Made by a program: the position numbers and the translations under genes. Shown here piece after piece: positions 12,950 to 27,800 of a stretch of 64,000 nucleotides of DNA. Location of the stretch: assembly GCF_009914755.1 (NCBI RefSeq), contig NC_060933.1; one strand, given 5' to 3'. This DNA is from the human T2T-CHM13v2.0 reference genome, Homo sapiens. Under the pieces are notes generated by a model that worked only from the letters and a program-made list of their open reading frames with translations, was not told the DNA's origin and did no database searches. The stretch's first letter is position 1; each line of letters opens with the position of its first letter.

Positions 12950-14830
12950 ATTGAATTTGTAAACCAATCTGAGAATAACTGAAATCTTTATAAAGTCTTC
13001 CAATCCATGAAGATGATTTATTCCTCCATATATTTGAGTTCTTTTAAATATCATTCATAAAGTTTGTTGTTTTACAGGTTTATTCCATGGTACTTGGTAT
13101 TTTATTTTGCACATTTTTGTGATGCTGCTATATTTTGCCTGCAACTAACCAATGGAAATTACTTAAAATCCTTCACCAAACCTTTCACTTAGGCATTGAT
13201 AGCACCCATCAGATGGACAAATTATTATTTGTTGGACCAGGCCTTTTCAAAACTATCAAGCAGATAGTCAGGTCCTGTGAAGTGTGCCAAAGAAATAATC
13301 CCCTGTATGCAGGCCATACATTTCAATCTCTGTATCTTTAACCTCCTTGTTAAGTTTGTCTCTTCCAGAATCAAAGCTATAAAACTACAAATGGTTCTCC
13401 AAATGGAGCCCCAGATGCAGTCCATGACTAAGATCTACTGCGGACCTCTGGACCGGCCTGCTAGCCCAGCTCCCACATTAATGACATCAAAGGCACCCCT
13501 CCCGAGGAAATCTCAACTGCATGACACCTACTACGCCCCAATTCAGCAGGAAGCAGTTAGAGTGGTCGTTGGCCAACCTCCCCAACAGCACTTGGGTTTT
13601 CCTGTTGAGATGGGGGACTGAGAGACAGGACTAGCTGGATTTCCTAGGCCAACTAAGAATCCCTAAGCCTAGCTGGGAAGGTGACTACACCCACCTTTAA
13701 CCACTAGGCTTGCAACTTAGCTCACACCCGACCAATCAGGTAGTAAAGAGAGCTTGCTAAAATGCTAATTAGGCAAAAACAGGAGGTAAAGAAATAGCCA
13801 GTCATCTATCGCCTGACAGCACAAGGGGCGGGACAATGATCAGGATATAAACTCAGGCATTCAAGCCAGCAATGGCTACCCACTTTGGGTCCCCTCCCAT
13901 TTTATGGGAGCTCTGTTTTCACTCTATTAAATCTTTCAACTACCAAAAAAAAAAAAAAAGAAAAGAAAAACAATTAACTTTTTTATATATCAGTTAAATT
14001 CATCCATGATGTTTTTTATGTTTTCTGTATTCTTACTGGTCATTTTTCTATTTGTTCTATCAAGTATCCAGGAATATGTGTTAAAGATGTCCACTTCAAT
14101 TGTGAATTTCTTGAGTTGTTCTTTCAGTTTTGTTCTTTTTTTACCTTATGCATTTTGAAGTTGTATTATTTCCTGCATACAAATGTAGAATTGTGGTGTC
14201 ATTCTTTTGGAGTAAACCATGATCATTACTGGCATGACTTACTTACTATCTATCTATCTAGACATGTTGATTGCTTCAATTTCTACTTTAATCTTAATAA
14301 AAATACACCAACTTTTTAAAAAGTATTACGTCTTGTATTTCTTTCTGTTTGACTTTATTATTACATATGCTTTTTTCTCTTCATTTGCCAGAGTCTTTGA
14401 TTGATCAACAAGCTGTTTTAATCTACCATTTTTTATCTCTAACATTTTATGTAGAGCTTCTCTTACTTTTTAGTTATTCAAAAGATGCATCTTTCAATTA
14501 TTCTAGTCTTAAACGTAAAGATGACTTTTTTCATTTACTGACAATGTCAGTAATCCAAAACTTTTCTATTTAACTCCTTCTACCTTTTATGTTATTGTTG
14601 TCCTGAATTTCATTCTACATGAGTTGAAACCTCATAAGGGATTGTTGTTGTTTTTATGCAAACATTTACTTATATTTACCCACATATGTACAGTTTTCTT
14701 ATTGCTCTCTATGCATTCTTACAATTTTCTACTTTTATATCTGTCATCATTTCCTTCTCTCTATTAGTATTTCTTTTTATTCATATATTTTAGCAAAACG
14801 TTTTCTCAGTATTTGTTGTCCAAAGTGTCT
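12950..14830 (-). mobile_element. Old L1M fragments flanking the HERV-W insert
   Basis: L1 ORF2 antisense motifs (tcttccaatccatgaa, tttattcc, caatt..ttttt.tatat) and T-rich antisense composition. Confidence 0.6.
13130..13970 (+). pseudogene. HERV-W (HERV17) processed pseudogene: integrase N-terminus, env fragments, U3-R of LTR17 and poly(A)
   Basis: IN zinc finger LHQTFHLG...CEVCQRNNP; env TM tail CIFNLLVKFVSSRIKAIKLQMVLQMEP; LTR17 from 13619 (tgagagacaggactagctggatttcctagg) ends after ATTAAA (13926-31) and runs into poly(A) at 13945, with no U5. Confidence 0.93.
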
Positions 14831-14996
14831 TACATGGTTTTTTTTTATGATGTTCAGAAACTGAGATTACTCAACATTTGGCTACATTTCGGGGGTAAGA
14901 GTCTGAATTGGATTCACCCTGCTTCCACAGTGTAGTCTTCTAGGTATCCGACTGAAAATCAGTAGTTGCTCTTGACTCTTTTGTAAATGAACGAAA

Positions 14997-14998
<2 letters not shown>

Positions 14999-15034
<36 letters not shown>
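14999..15034. repeat. (CA)n microsatellite
   Basis: Seen directly. Confidence 0.95.
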
Positions 15035-15037
<3 letters not shown>

Positions 15038-15726
15038 TGTTATAAGATTTTTGGAAGTTTTTCCCAGATAGGTAGTTAAATAATAAACATAATTTAAATT
15101 GTTTAGAACAAAACATAGCTCAAATGATTTATAGTATTTATGGTATTACCATATTAAAATGTGTGAAATTGTATATCTTTATTGAAAATTTAATTGTACA
15201 TATTTATTGAAAGCTAAAGCTTCTAATAAAAAAGAATAGAAAATCCCAAAAAGAAAATATTATTTCTAAGTGCAATTATATAAAACAATAGAATACAGAT
15301 ATATTAAATAAAGATACTATCTGTATATCTTAATTTTATTTACTATTTTAATCTATTTTATGACTTCCTATTGCCCTATGGAAAATTTTCTCAATTTTAA
15401 TATGTCATTAATTTATTATTTACTCCAAACGTTTATCAATCCTGCTGTTTTCCATATATGTTTGATTTTCAAGATATTGATTTCTTTCTTTAGATAGCAA
15501 CTTTTTTCACACTTGACATTTTCACTAAATGAAAATTTCTGTTATTTGTATGATTTCTATTCTTGCTTTATATGAATAATAGCTTCTTTATCTAATTAAA
15601 TATGTTTATCCTGCCTATTTTATATTATTGCCCCACCTGTTCCACAAATATGGTGGTATATGAGGGTATAAAATGTTATATAATAATTAATCTTTTAAAA
15701 TAATAAATAATCTTTTAAAATAATAA

Positions 15727-15816
15727 TATTTGAACTCCTCAGATACGTAGCTATTTTGGCTTGTTTAGGTCTATTTGAACTATTCAGATGTATAGCTATT
15801 TTGGCTTGTTTGGGTC
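15727..15816. repeat. 45-bp tandem duplication (2 copies)
   Basis: tatttgaactcctcagatacgtagctattttggcttgtttaggtc followed by tatttgaactattcagatgtatagctattttggcttgtttgggtc. Confidence 0.9.
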
Positions 15817-16539
15817 ATAGTCCCCAATGCTATGAGCGACTTTGTTCGATAATATCTATAAAGGAATGGCTGATGGCAAAACCCCAGTCTGTCTCAGTCT
15901 TGGTGAGTTCAAGGAGATGAGAGAGATTAATCCTTAAAGTAGATAAACTGAAGCACAATAAACTAAATATTAATAATAGCAGTTTGCTTTTCTTTCATCA
16001 GTTTCATCTTTAAACTCATGGAGAAGAAGTACCAAAAAGTGGCAATACTGTCAGACTTTAACTATCAATCTTGAGGAGCCAGATGTACGAAACACAGAGG
16101 GAAATGATTGAGTAAATACTTGTCAGTCATGTTCAGCCTTTACCTTTCTCATTAACTTTCAACTCCACCTTTGAAATCAACCACACAGATGCCAACCAAC
16201 TTGACTGTTGGTGTCAATAGATTAAATTACAGGGTATAATAATCCAACGGCAGTGCAGGGGAAAGATTAGAGAAAAAGAATTTTCCTTTAACATTTTTCT
16301 CTCATTAACGCCTCTGGCTTTCCCTGACACCTCCAATCACTCACCTATCCATGGATCCATCACAGTTGTATTTTGGGAATTAAGGAGGTCTGGTATCCAT
16401 AAATACTTTTGATTTTATAGTTTCTAAAGGGATGTCAAGAAATGTTGTCAACAATGTGTAATACATCACTATATTACTTGAATTACTTGAATTTATTTCC
16501 ATAATTTTTATATTTGTATTGTTACTAAGTATTTTTTGA

Positions 16540-16628
16540 ATCATTCACTATAATTTTATAAAAATAAAATAATGCACTACATATTCTTTTTGGTCTGACT
16601 CTTCACTCAGCTTAGTTATTTTGAGGTT

Positions 16629-16669
<41 letters not shown>

Positions 16670-17230
16670 CGCACACATGCGCGTTTAGTAGAAATGGGGG
16701 ATTCACCATGTTGGCCAGGCTGGTCTCGAACTTCTGGCCTCAAGTGATCTGTCTGCCTCGGCCTCCCAAAGTGCTGGGATTCCAGGCATGAGCCACCACA
16801 CCCAGCCTATTTTGAGTTTTATTCTCATTGTTAAACATATCTATAACCCACTCTTTGTGATTGCCAAGTAGTAGTTCGTGGTGTAGATATATCACAATTT
16901 GTTTATTGTGATAAAGTTGACATTTTAGTTTTCCTCATTTTTTTGGCTATTACAAATAAAGCTTAGATAAACATTTGCTTCTAAGTCTTTGTTTGGATAT
17001 ATCTACTTAATTTCCCTTGTGCAAATATCTAGAAGTAGAATGGCCACCTCATAAGATAGGTACTTGTTTACTTTTTTAAAGAAACTTTCAAAATATTTTC
17101 CAAAGTAACATCTAACATTCACATCAGCTGTGGATGAGAGTTGTAGTTTACATACCTCCTGACCAACACTTGATATAGTCAGTCTTTTATATTTCACATA
17201 TTCTAACCAGTGTGTGTAGTAATTTCTTAT
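16540..17230 (-). mobile_element. L1M (MC/MD/ME-type) 3' end
   Basis: Antisense L1 3' motifs: ttggctattacaaataaagct, aatatctagaagtagaatggcc, aaactttcaaaatattttccaaagt. Confidence 0.75.
16631..16807 (-). mobile_element. Alu left monomer with a (TG/CG)n tract in place of the right arm and tail
   Basis: Left arm at 16685-16807; TSD tattttgag at 16617-25 and 16808-16. Confidence 0.85.
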
Positions 17231-17234
17231 CAAT

Positions 17235-17707
17235 ATAAAGGGGAGTTTATATATTATATATATAAAATACAAAGGGGAATATATATAGTATATAATATAT
17301 ATGGGAATATATATATGTATATATAGGAGTTTATTAAGTATTAATTTAAATGATCACAGGGTCCTGCAGTAGGACCTGTCTGCAAGCTGAGGGGCAAGCA
17401 GAGACAGTCCGAGTCCCAAAACTGAAGAACTTAGAGTCTAGTGTTCGAGGGCAGGAAGCATCCAGCATGGGAGAAAGATGTAGACTGGGAGGCTAGGCCT
17501 GTCTCACCTCTTCACGTTTTTCTGCCTTCCTTTTATTTGCTGGAAGATGATTAGATGGTGCCCGTCAAGATTAAGGGTGGGTCTGCCCTCCCTAGCCCAC
17601 CAATTCAAATGTTAATCTCCTTTGGCCACACCCTCACAGATATACCTAGGATTAATACTTTGTATCCTTCAATCCAATCAAACGGACATTCAGCATTAAC
17701 CATCACA
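17235..17707 (-). mobile_element. MLT2A-type (HERV-L) LTR, 3' end truncated in its TA tract
   Basis: The reverse complement begins tgtgatggttaatgctgaatgtcc..tgattggattgaagga; the typical gagggcaggaagcatccagcatgggagaaagatg body is present. Confidence 0.9.
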
Positions 17708-18608
17708 CCAAGTATGGGCATAGTTTCAAAAATTCCTCATTATCGATTTCCAGTTTTAATCCATTATGGTGAGAAAATATGCTTAATATTATTTTATTAT
17801 TTTAATGTTTTAAAACTCACTTTGTGATCTAACATATTGTCTATCCTTGAGAATGAGCCATGTGCTGAGGGGAAGAATGTGTATTCTGAAGCCATATGAT
17901 AAAATGTTCTGTAAATATCTATTCCTTCTGTTTGTCCTACAGTGCAGATTATGTCCAATGTTTCTTTGTTGATTTTATGTCTAGAAAATATGTCCAATCC
18001 ATAAAGTGGGGCAATGAAGTCTCCAGCTACTATTGTAATGAAGTCTCTATCTCTCTTTGCCTCTGTTATTTGCTTTATATATGTGGGTACGCCAGTGTTG
18101 GGTGCCTATATTAATTTAAAATTGCTATATCCTTTTGCTGAATTGACCCCTTTAACATTAGTGAATTTCTTTGTCTCTTCTTACAGTTTTTGTCTTATAG
18201 TTTTGTCTTAAAACCTGTTTTGTCTGATGTAAGTACAGCTACTCCTGCTATTTTTTGGTTCCTATTGGTAAGGGATATCTTTTTCATTTCTTCATTTTCA
18301 ATCTATGTGCGTCTTTATAGGTAAGATATGTTTCCTGTAGGCAACAGATGACTGGGTCTTTTTAAAAATCCGTTATGCCACTCTATGTCTTTTGATTGGA
18401 GAAATTATTTCATTTACATTCAATGTCATTATTGATAAGTAAGGACTTAATTCTGCCATTTTGTTATTTATTCTCTGGTTTGTTGTTTTGTGATCTTCTC
18501 TTCCTTCTTTCCTTCCTTCCTGTCTTCCTTTTAGTGAAGGTTATTTTCTATGGTGGTATAAATTAATTTCTTGTTTTTTATCTTTTGTAAATCTATTTTA
18601 TGTTTTTT

Positions 18609-19847
18609 AATTTTTTATTAGTTGAGTGACCTTATTTGAGGTGAGGAATTGAAAATGAATGCTGGTGGTGGGAGGAAATGATAGAACTTGAGATTACTTA
18701 GGATTAAGTGAACTGGGTTCAAGTCGCAATCCTGCTACTAGATGAGAAAGTTACATCAAGGAGGGATTTTTTTGTTTTTGTTTTTTCTTTTCTCTGTCAT
18801 CTTCATTTCCTCTGCTGTTAAATTAAGGAATCATTCTGGGTAATCTCTACAACTCCATCCAGGCCTATAATTCTGTGCCGAGCGCCATGCATGGGTAGGC
18901 TTGCTCAATATTTATTTGTAGAATATACACAATTTTAAATCACAAAAGAAAATCCTGACATAAAGAAGTAAATCTGTTTGCTTCTTTCTACAATTGGTAC
19001 CTTTCGACAACAGAGTGACTCTTTTAATTTCCAAAGTAATAGCCATTTATAGACCAAGAAGTGAAATTAATCAACAAGCAGATGGTTTGGCACATCCTCT
19101 CCTTTCCTGGTACTCAACTTATTTTAACTGCAGTGAAGTCTTATTTGCTTAGGGACTAGGAGATCGACCTTAAGCATCCCAACTACCTATTGGGTCAAGG
19201 CCACTTAAAGGGCAGATGACAGCCAAGGTAAACAATTCAATACTCCTCAAGCATATTTTTTATTTGAAGTATTAGCCTGATTTCTTGTTTTCTTTCCAAT
19301 GGACTTTCACGTAATCTGATTCTGATTACTAGTTGATGAGAGAATATTGAGGTTTGACTTTTGTTCCTCAATCTTGCTCCTGACTGTCCAATCTACTGTT
19401 GTAAAGCATGCCATTTCACGTTCTTGAAATTTTATTCTCTTCTATTTGCAAAATGAGTGGCACTTCTCTAGTCCCCAAGAATGATTCATTCATCCTGGTG
19501 TGTGGACTCTCACATTATTATTTACTATCTGCTGTGAAAAGCACACAAAGTTCTTGGCAAAGCTGGAGTTGCAGGAGTCCTATCAGCAGGTTGAAAGAGG
19601 GAGACTTGATGACTGTGCCCAAGACATGCTCAGGTTCTCACTCCTTCTCTGGTAATGTCTTTGTTATGACCCTGATTTTTGGTTCTTATGATAGTGTTTT
19701 TTCTGTGTAGATAGTTGTTAACTTAGTGTCCTTGCAAGAGGAATAATTGGTGGAGTTTTCTATTCCACCATGTTGTTCTGCCACTCTGGCCAGGTGACAA
19801 TTTAGGACCTCTAAAATTCCACTAAAAATGTATTCCTTCTGATACTC
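18609..19847 (-). pseudogene. Putative retrocopy of a spliced non-coding transcript
   Basis: 16-bp TSD (15/16 identical), T-rich left end, MIR-like passengers, and an L1 5'UTR segment that ends at the splice donor. Confidence 0.7.
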
Positions 19848-20578
19848 CTATTGTATGTTTTTTGATTGAAGTTACCACATGGCTTGCAATTACTGTCTTA
19901 TAACCTGTTATTTTAAACTGATGGCAACTCAACCCTAATTGCATAAACAAACAAGCAAGCAAAAAGAAAACTAATAAAAACTCTACACTTTAACATTGTC
20001 CCTCTACGTTTTAACTTTTTGTTGTTTCTATTTATATATTTTTGAACTGTCTATGTCTTGAAAAGCTGTTCTAGTTATTATTTTCAATGGGTTCATCTTT
20101 TAGTCTTTCCACTTAAGATTAGATTAGTTTACACGCCACAAATAACATTGTTATTATAGCCTGAGTTTTTTTGGGTACTTACTATTACTAGTGAGTTTTG
20201 TACCTTTAGATTATTTTGTATTGCTCATTAACCTCCTTTTCTTTCTGATTGCAAAACCCCATTTAGCATTTATTGTAGGACAGGTCTGGCATTAATGAAA
20301 TCCCTCAGCTTTTGTTTGTCTGGGAATGTCTTTCTCTTCCATATCTGAAAGTTATTGTTCCAGATATACTATTCTAGAATAAAAATATTTTTCCTTTAGC
20401 ACTTTAAATATGTTATTCCACTCTCTCCTGGCCTGTAAGGTTTTCACTGAAAAGTCTACTGCCATATGTATTGGAACTTCATTGTATGTTATTTATTTCT
20501 TTTTTCTTGCTGTTTTTAGGATTCTTTTTTTTAATCCTTTACATTTGGAAATTTTATTATTGAATGCCTTGAGGTAGT

Positions 20579-20984
20579 TGAGGTTATTAATACTGAGCGT
20601 CAGCTTAGTATCCAATCCAACTGATTGGATTGAAGGATGCAAAGTATTCATCCTGGATGAATACATTCATCCTGGATGTGTCTGTGAGGGTATTGCCAAA
20701 GGAGATTAACATTTGAGTCAGTGGGCTTGGAAAGGCAGACCTTTCCTCAGTCTGGATGTACACCATCTAATAAGCTATCAGCAAATGTAAAGCAGGCAGA
20801 AAAATGTGATAAGGTTAGACTGCCTTAGCCTCCCAGCCTACATCTTTCTCCTGTGCTGGATTGCTTCCTACCCTCAAACATCAGACTCTAAGTTCTTCAG
20901 CCTTGGAACTCGGATTGGCTTCCTTGCTCCTCAGCTTGCAGACAGCCTACTGTGGGACCTCGTTATTGTGTGAGTTAATACATG

Positions 20985-21017
<33 letters not shown>

Positions 21018-21048
21018 TCTGTTCCTCTTGAGAACCCTGACTAATACA
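20579..21048 (+). mobile_element. MLT2A-type 5' LTR of a HERV-L provirus
   Basis: tg..ttaatactgag...tgattggattgaaggatgcaaagta...gagaaccctgactaataca, followed directly by the HERVL internal start gattttggta. Confidence 0.93.
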
Positions 21049-24703
<3,655 letters not shown>

Positions 24704-24820
24704 GCATATAGATATATATTCATTTATATATCTATATCTATATCTATATCCATATCTATATCTATATCTGTATCTATGTACATATCCTATTAATTTTGTC
24801 CCTCTAGAGAACCCTAATAC
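24704..24820 (+). mobile_element. Remnant 3' MLT2A LTR (TA/TCTATA tract and terminal about 40 bp)
   Basis: tcctattaattttgtccctctagagaaccctaatac matches the end of the 5' LTR; the L1 resumes immediately after. Confidence 0.85.
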
Positions 24821-27800
24821 TCTGTCTTCTTTGAGTTAAATATGCTTGGTGTCCTATAATCTTTTTGTACTTAAATATTGATATATTTTCCTAAATTTCA
24901 GAAGTTTTCTTTTATTATTCCTTTAAATAGATAATCTATCCCTATCTCTTTCTCTACCTCCTTTTTAAGATGACTAACTCCTAGATTTGGTCTTTTGAGG
25001 CTATTTTTTATAGGTATGCTTATTCTTTTTTTATTATAGTTTTCTTTTTTCTCCCCTGATCAAGTATTTGCAAATTCCCTATCTTCAAGCTCACTAATTT
25101 TTTTTTTTTTTTGCTTATTTCTGCTATTAAGAGACTGTGATGCATTCTTCAGTATATAAATTACTTTTTTTGAAGCCCAGTATTTCTACTTTATTTTAAT
25201 CATTTCAATCTCTGTTAAATTTATCTGATAAAATTCTGAATTCCTTCTCTGTCTTTTCTTGAATTTGAATTTCCTCAAAACAGCTACCTTAAATTCTCTA
25301 TCTGAAAGTCCATATATCTCTGTTTTTTCAAGATTGGTTCCTGGTGCCTTATTCAGTTTGTTTGGTGAGGTCATGTTTTCCTGCATGGTCTTGATGCTTG
25401 TGGATGTTCATCAGTTTCTGGTTTGAATTGAAGACTCTGAATTGAAAAGTTAGGTATTTAATTTGTCTTTGCAGTCTGGTCTTGTTTGTACCCATCCTTC
25501 TTGGGAAGGCTTTCCAAATATTTAAAGGGACTTGAATATTATGATCTTAGCTATATTTGTATTAGGGGGCACCCGAAGATCAGTAGTGCTGTGATTTTTG
25601 CAGCCTTGTATAGGAGCCACTATGGTGGTCTTGAATAAGATCCAAAAGATTTATCTGGATTACCAGGCAGAGACTCTTGTTTTATTTTCTTACTTTCTCC
25701 GAAACAAATGGAGTCTCTCTGTCTGTACTGAGCCACCTAGAGCTAGGGGGTGCAAGGACACAAGCACCACTGTGGCCACCATCACTGGGACTGCACTGGG
25801 TCAGACCTGAAGCCAGCACAGGACTGTGTCTTGCCCAAGGCCCGATGTGAACCACTACCTGGCTAATGCTTATGTTTGCTCTAGGCTCTAGGATTCTACA
25901 ATCAGCAGGTGGTGAGGCCAGCCAGGATTGTGTCCTTCCTTTCAGGGCAGAGTTCCCCTTGGCTTTGGGTGGGTCCAGAGATGCTGTCTGGAAGTCAGGG
26001 GCTAGAGTCAAAAACCTTAACAATCTACCTGGTGCTCTATTTTATTACAACTAAACTGGTGCTCAAACCACAAGGCAAAGTTCTTCCCACTCTCACCTCT
26101 CCTTTTCACAGGCAGAGGGGCCTTTCCCCCTGGCCACTACCACCACAGACCCATGGAGGGTACTGCCAGGTTACCACTAATGTTCACTTAAGGCCCGAGG
26201 GTTCTTCAGTCAGCCTTTGGTGAATGCTGCCAGGCCTAGGACTCACCGTTCAGGGCAGTGGGCTCCGCTCTGGCCTGGGGTAGGTCCTTAAATGCCATCC
26301 AAGAGCCAAGGCTTGGAACTGGGGACCCCAAAAGCTCACTTGGTGCTCTACCCCACTGTGGCCAAGTTGATTCCTGAAGCCTGCCTGAATTAGAGTCTCA
26401 CCCAAGGCCCATGGCTTACTATCTATAGGTTATTGCTGCTGGTTCTTCAGGGAAAAAGGGCTCTTTAGTCAGCAGGTAATTAATCCCGCTAGGACTGGGT
26501 TCTTCCCTTCAAAACAGGCAGTTTCCTTCTTGCTCAGCGTATATCTAAATATACCATGTTGGAGGTAGGGCACAGAACAAAGACCACATGACTCTTCCCA
26601 GTGCCTCTCCTACTGTGGCTGAGCTGGCATTCAAGACGCCAAAGTCCTCTTTGCTTTTCCCTTTCGTCTCCTGAAAGCAGATGGAAGGAGTCACTTTTGT
26701 TGCTGTGAGCCGAGCTACCTGGCTTTTGGAGAGGGGTGACACAAGCACTTCCATAGCTTCCCTAGCTGGTGTCCCATATCCACTGGCTTTGAGCCCAGCA
26801 TAGCATTAGGACTTGCCTTGGAATTGCAGTCCTTGTGGCCTAGATGGCTTTGAAATTTATTCAAGACCCCAGAGCACTTTAGCCTGTGGTGGCAAGGCTT
26901 GCCAAACTTCAAGTTATAACTACTGGGATGGACTAGTCCCCTCTGGCTAGTGCTGGTCTAAATGCTCCCTCTGTTCATGGCCATTGGCTGAGTTTAGCCC
27001 TGTTTTGCTTCTCACTATGACAGGGCAGCACTGAGTTCTACACAGGGTCTCACAATCACTGCTGCCCTCTTCCTCCAAGTGCACAGATTATCCATGCCAT
27101 GCAGTGGCTGGTGGGAGGATGGAGGAGAGGCAGCATCAGTGATTCAACTGTCTTTCTTAGCCTCTTCAGTGCTTCTTTCAGCAGTATGGTGTTAAAACAA
27201 GGTACTGTAATTGTTCACCTGATTTTTGATTCTTATGGAGGTACTGTTCTTTGTAGATATTCAATTGATGTTCTTATGGGAGGGAAAATTGGTGAAGGCT
27301 TCTATTCCACCATCTTGCCTCAGTTCATTTTTTGACATACAGATAAATATTTTTCATCAAATTTGGGAAGTTTTGGCCACTCTTCCTTCAGACATTCTTA
27401 CTATAATTTCACTTAGCTATCTTCTGGTATTTCTATTATGTGTATGTTGTTATACTTAATGGTTCCCCAAAGATCTCTGAAGGTGTATTTATTTTTCTTT
27501 ATTATTTTGCTTCTTGTTTCTCAGACTGGTAATCTCAATTGATCTTTCTTCAGGTTTGCCAATTCTCTCTTTTGTCATCCTTAATCCACTTTTGATCATC
27601 TTTAGTAAAGTTTTCTTTTAGTTATTGTAATTTTCAACTTTAGAATCTCTATTCTTTAAAACAATTTTTTACCTCTTCATTGATATGCTCCATTTAGTGA
27701 GACATCATTTCTATAATTCCTTTTACTTTTTAAAATATTATTATATTTAGTTTTTCACACATATTTATAATATTTACTTAAATTATTTATCTAGGATTTC

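Noticed and set aside
13277-13621. Syncytin-1 (ERVW-1) coding sequence
   Set aside because: Only a TM tail fragment is present, it is frameshifted, it lacks SU and the fusion peptide, and it has the non-syncytin LQMV motif.
19408-19710. 100-aa ORF inside the putative retrocopy
   Set aside because: It is antisense to the inferred transcript, runs across MIR-like and L1 sequence, and has no recognisable protein motif.
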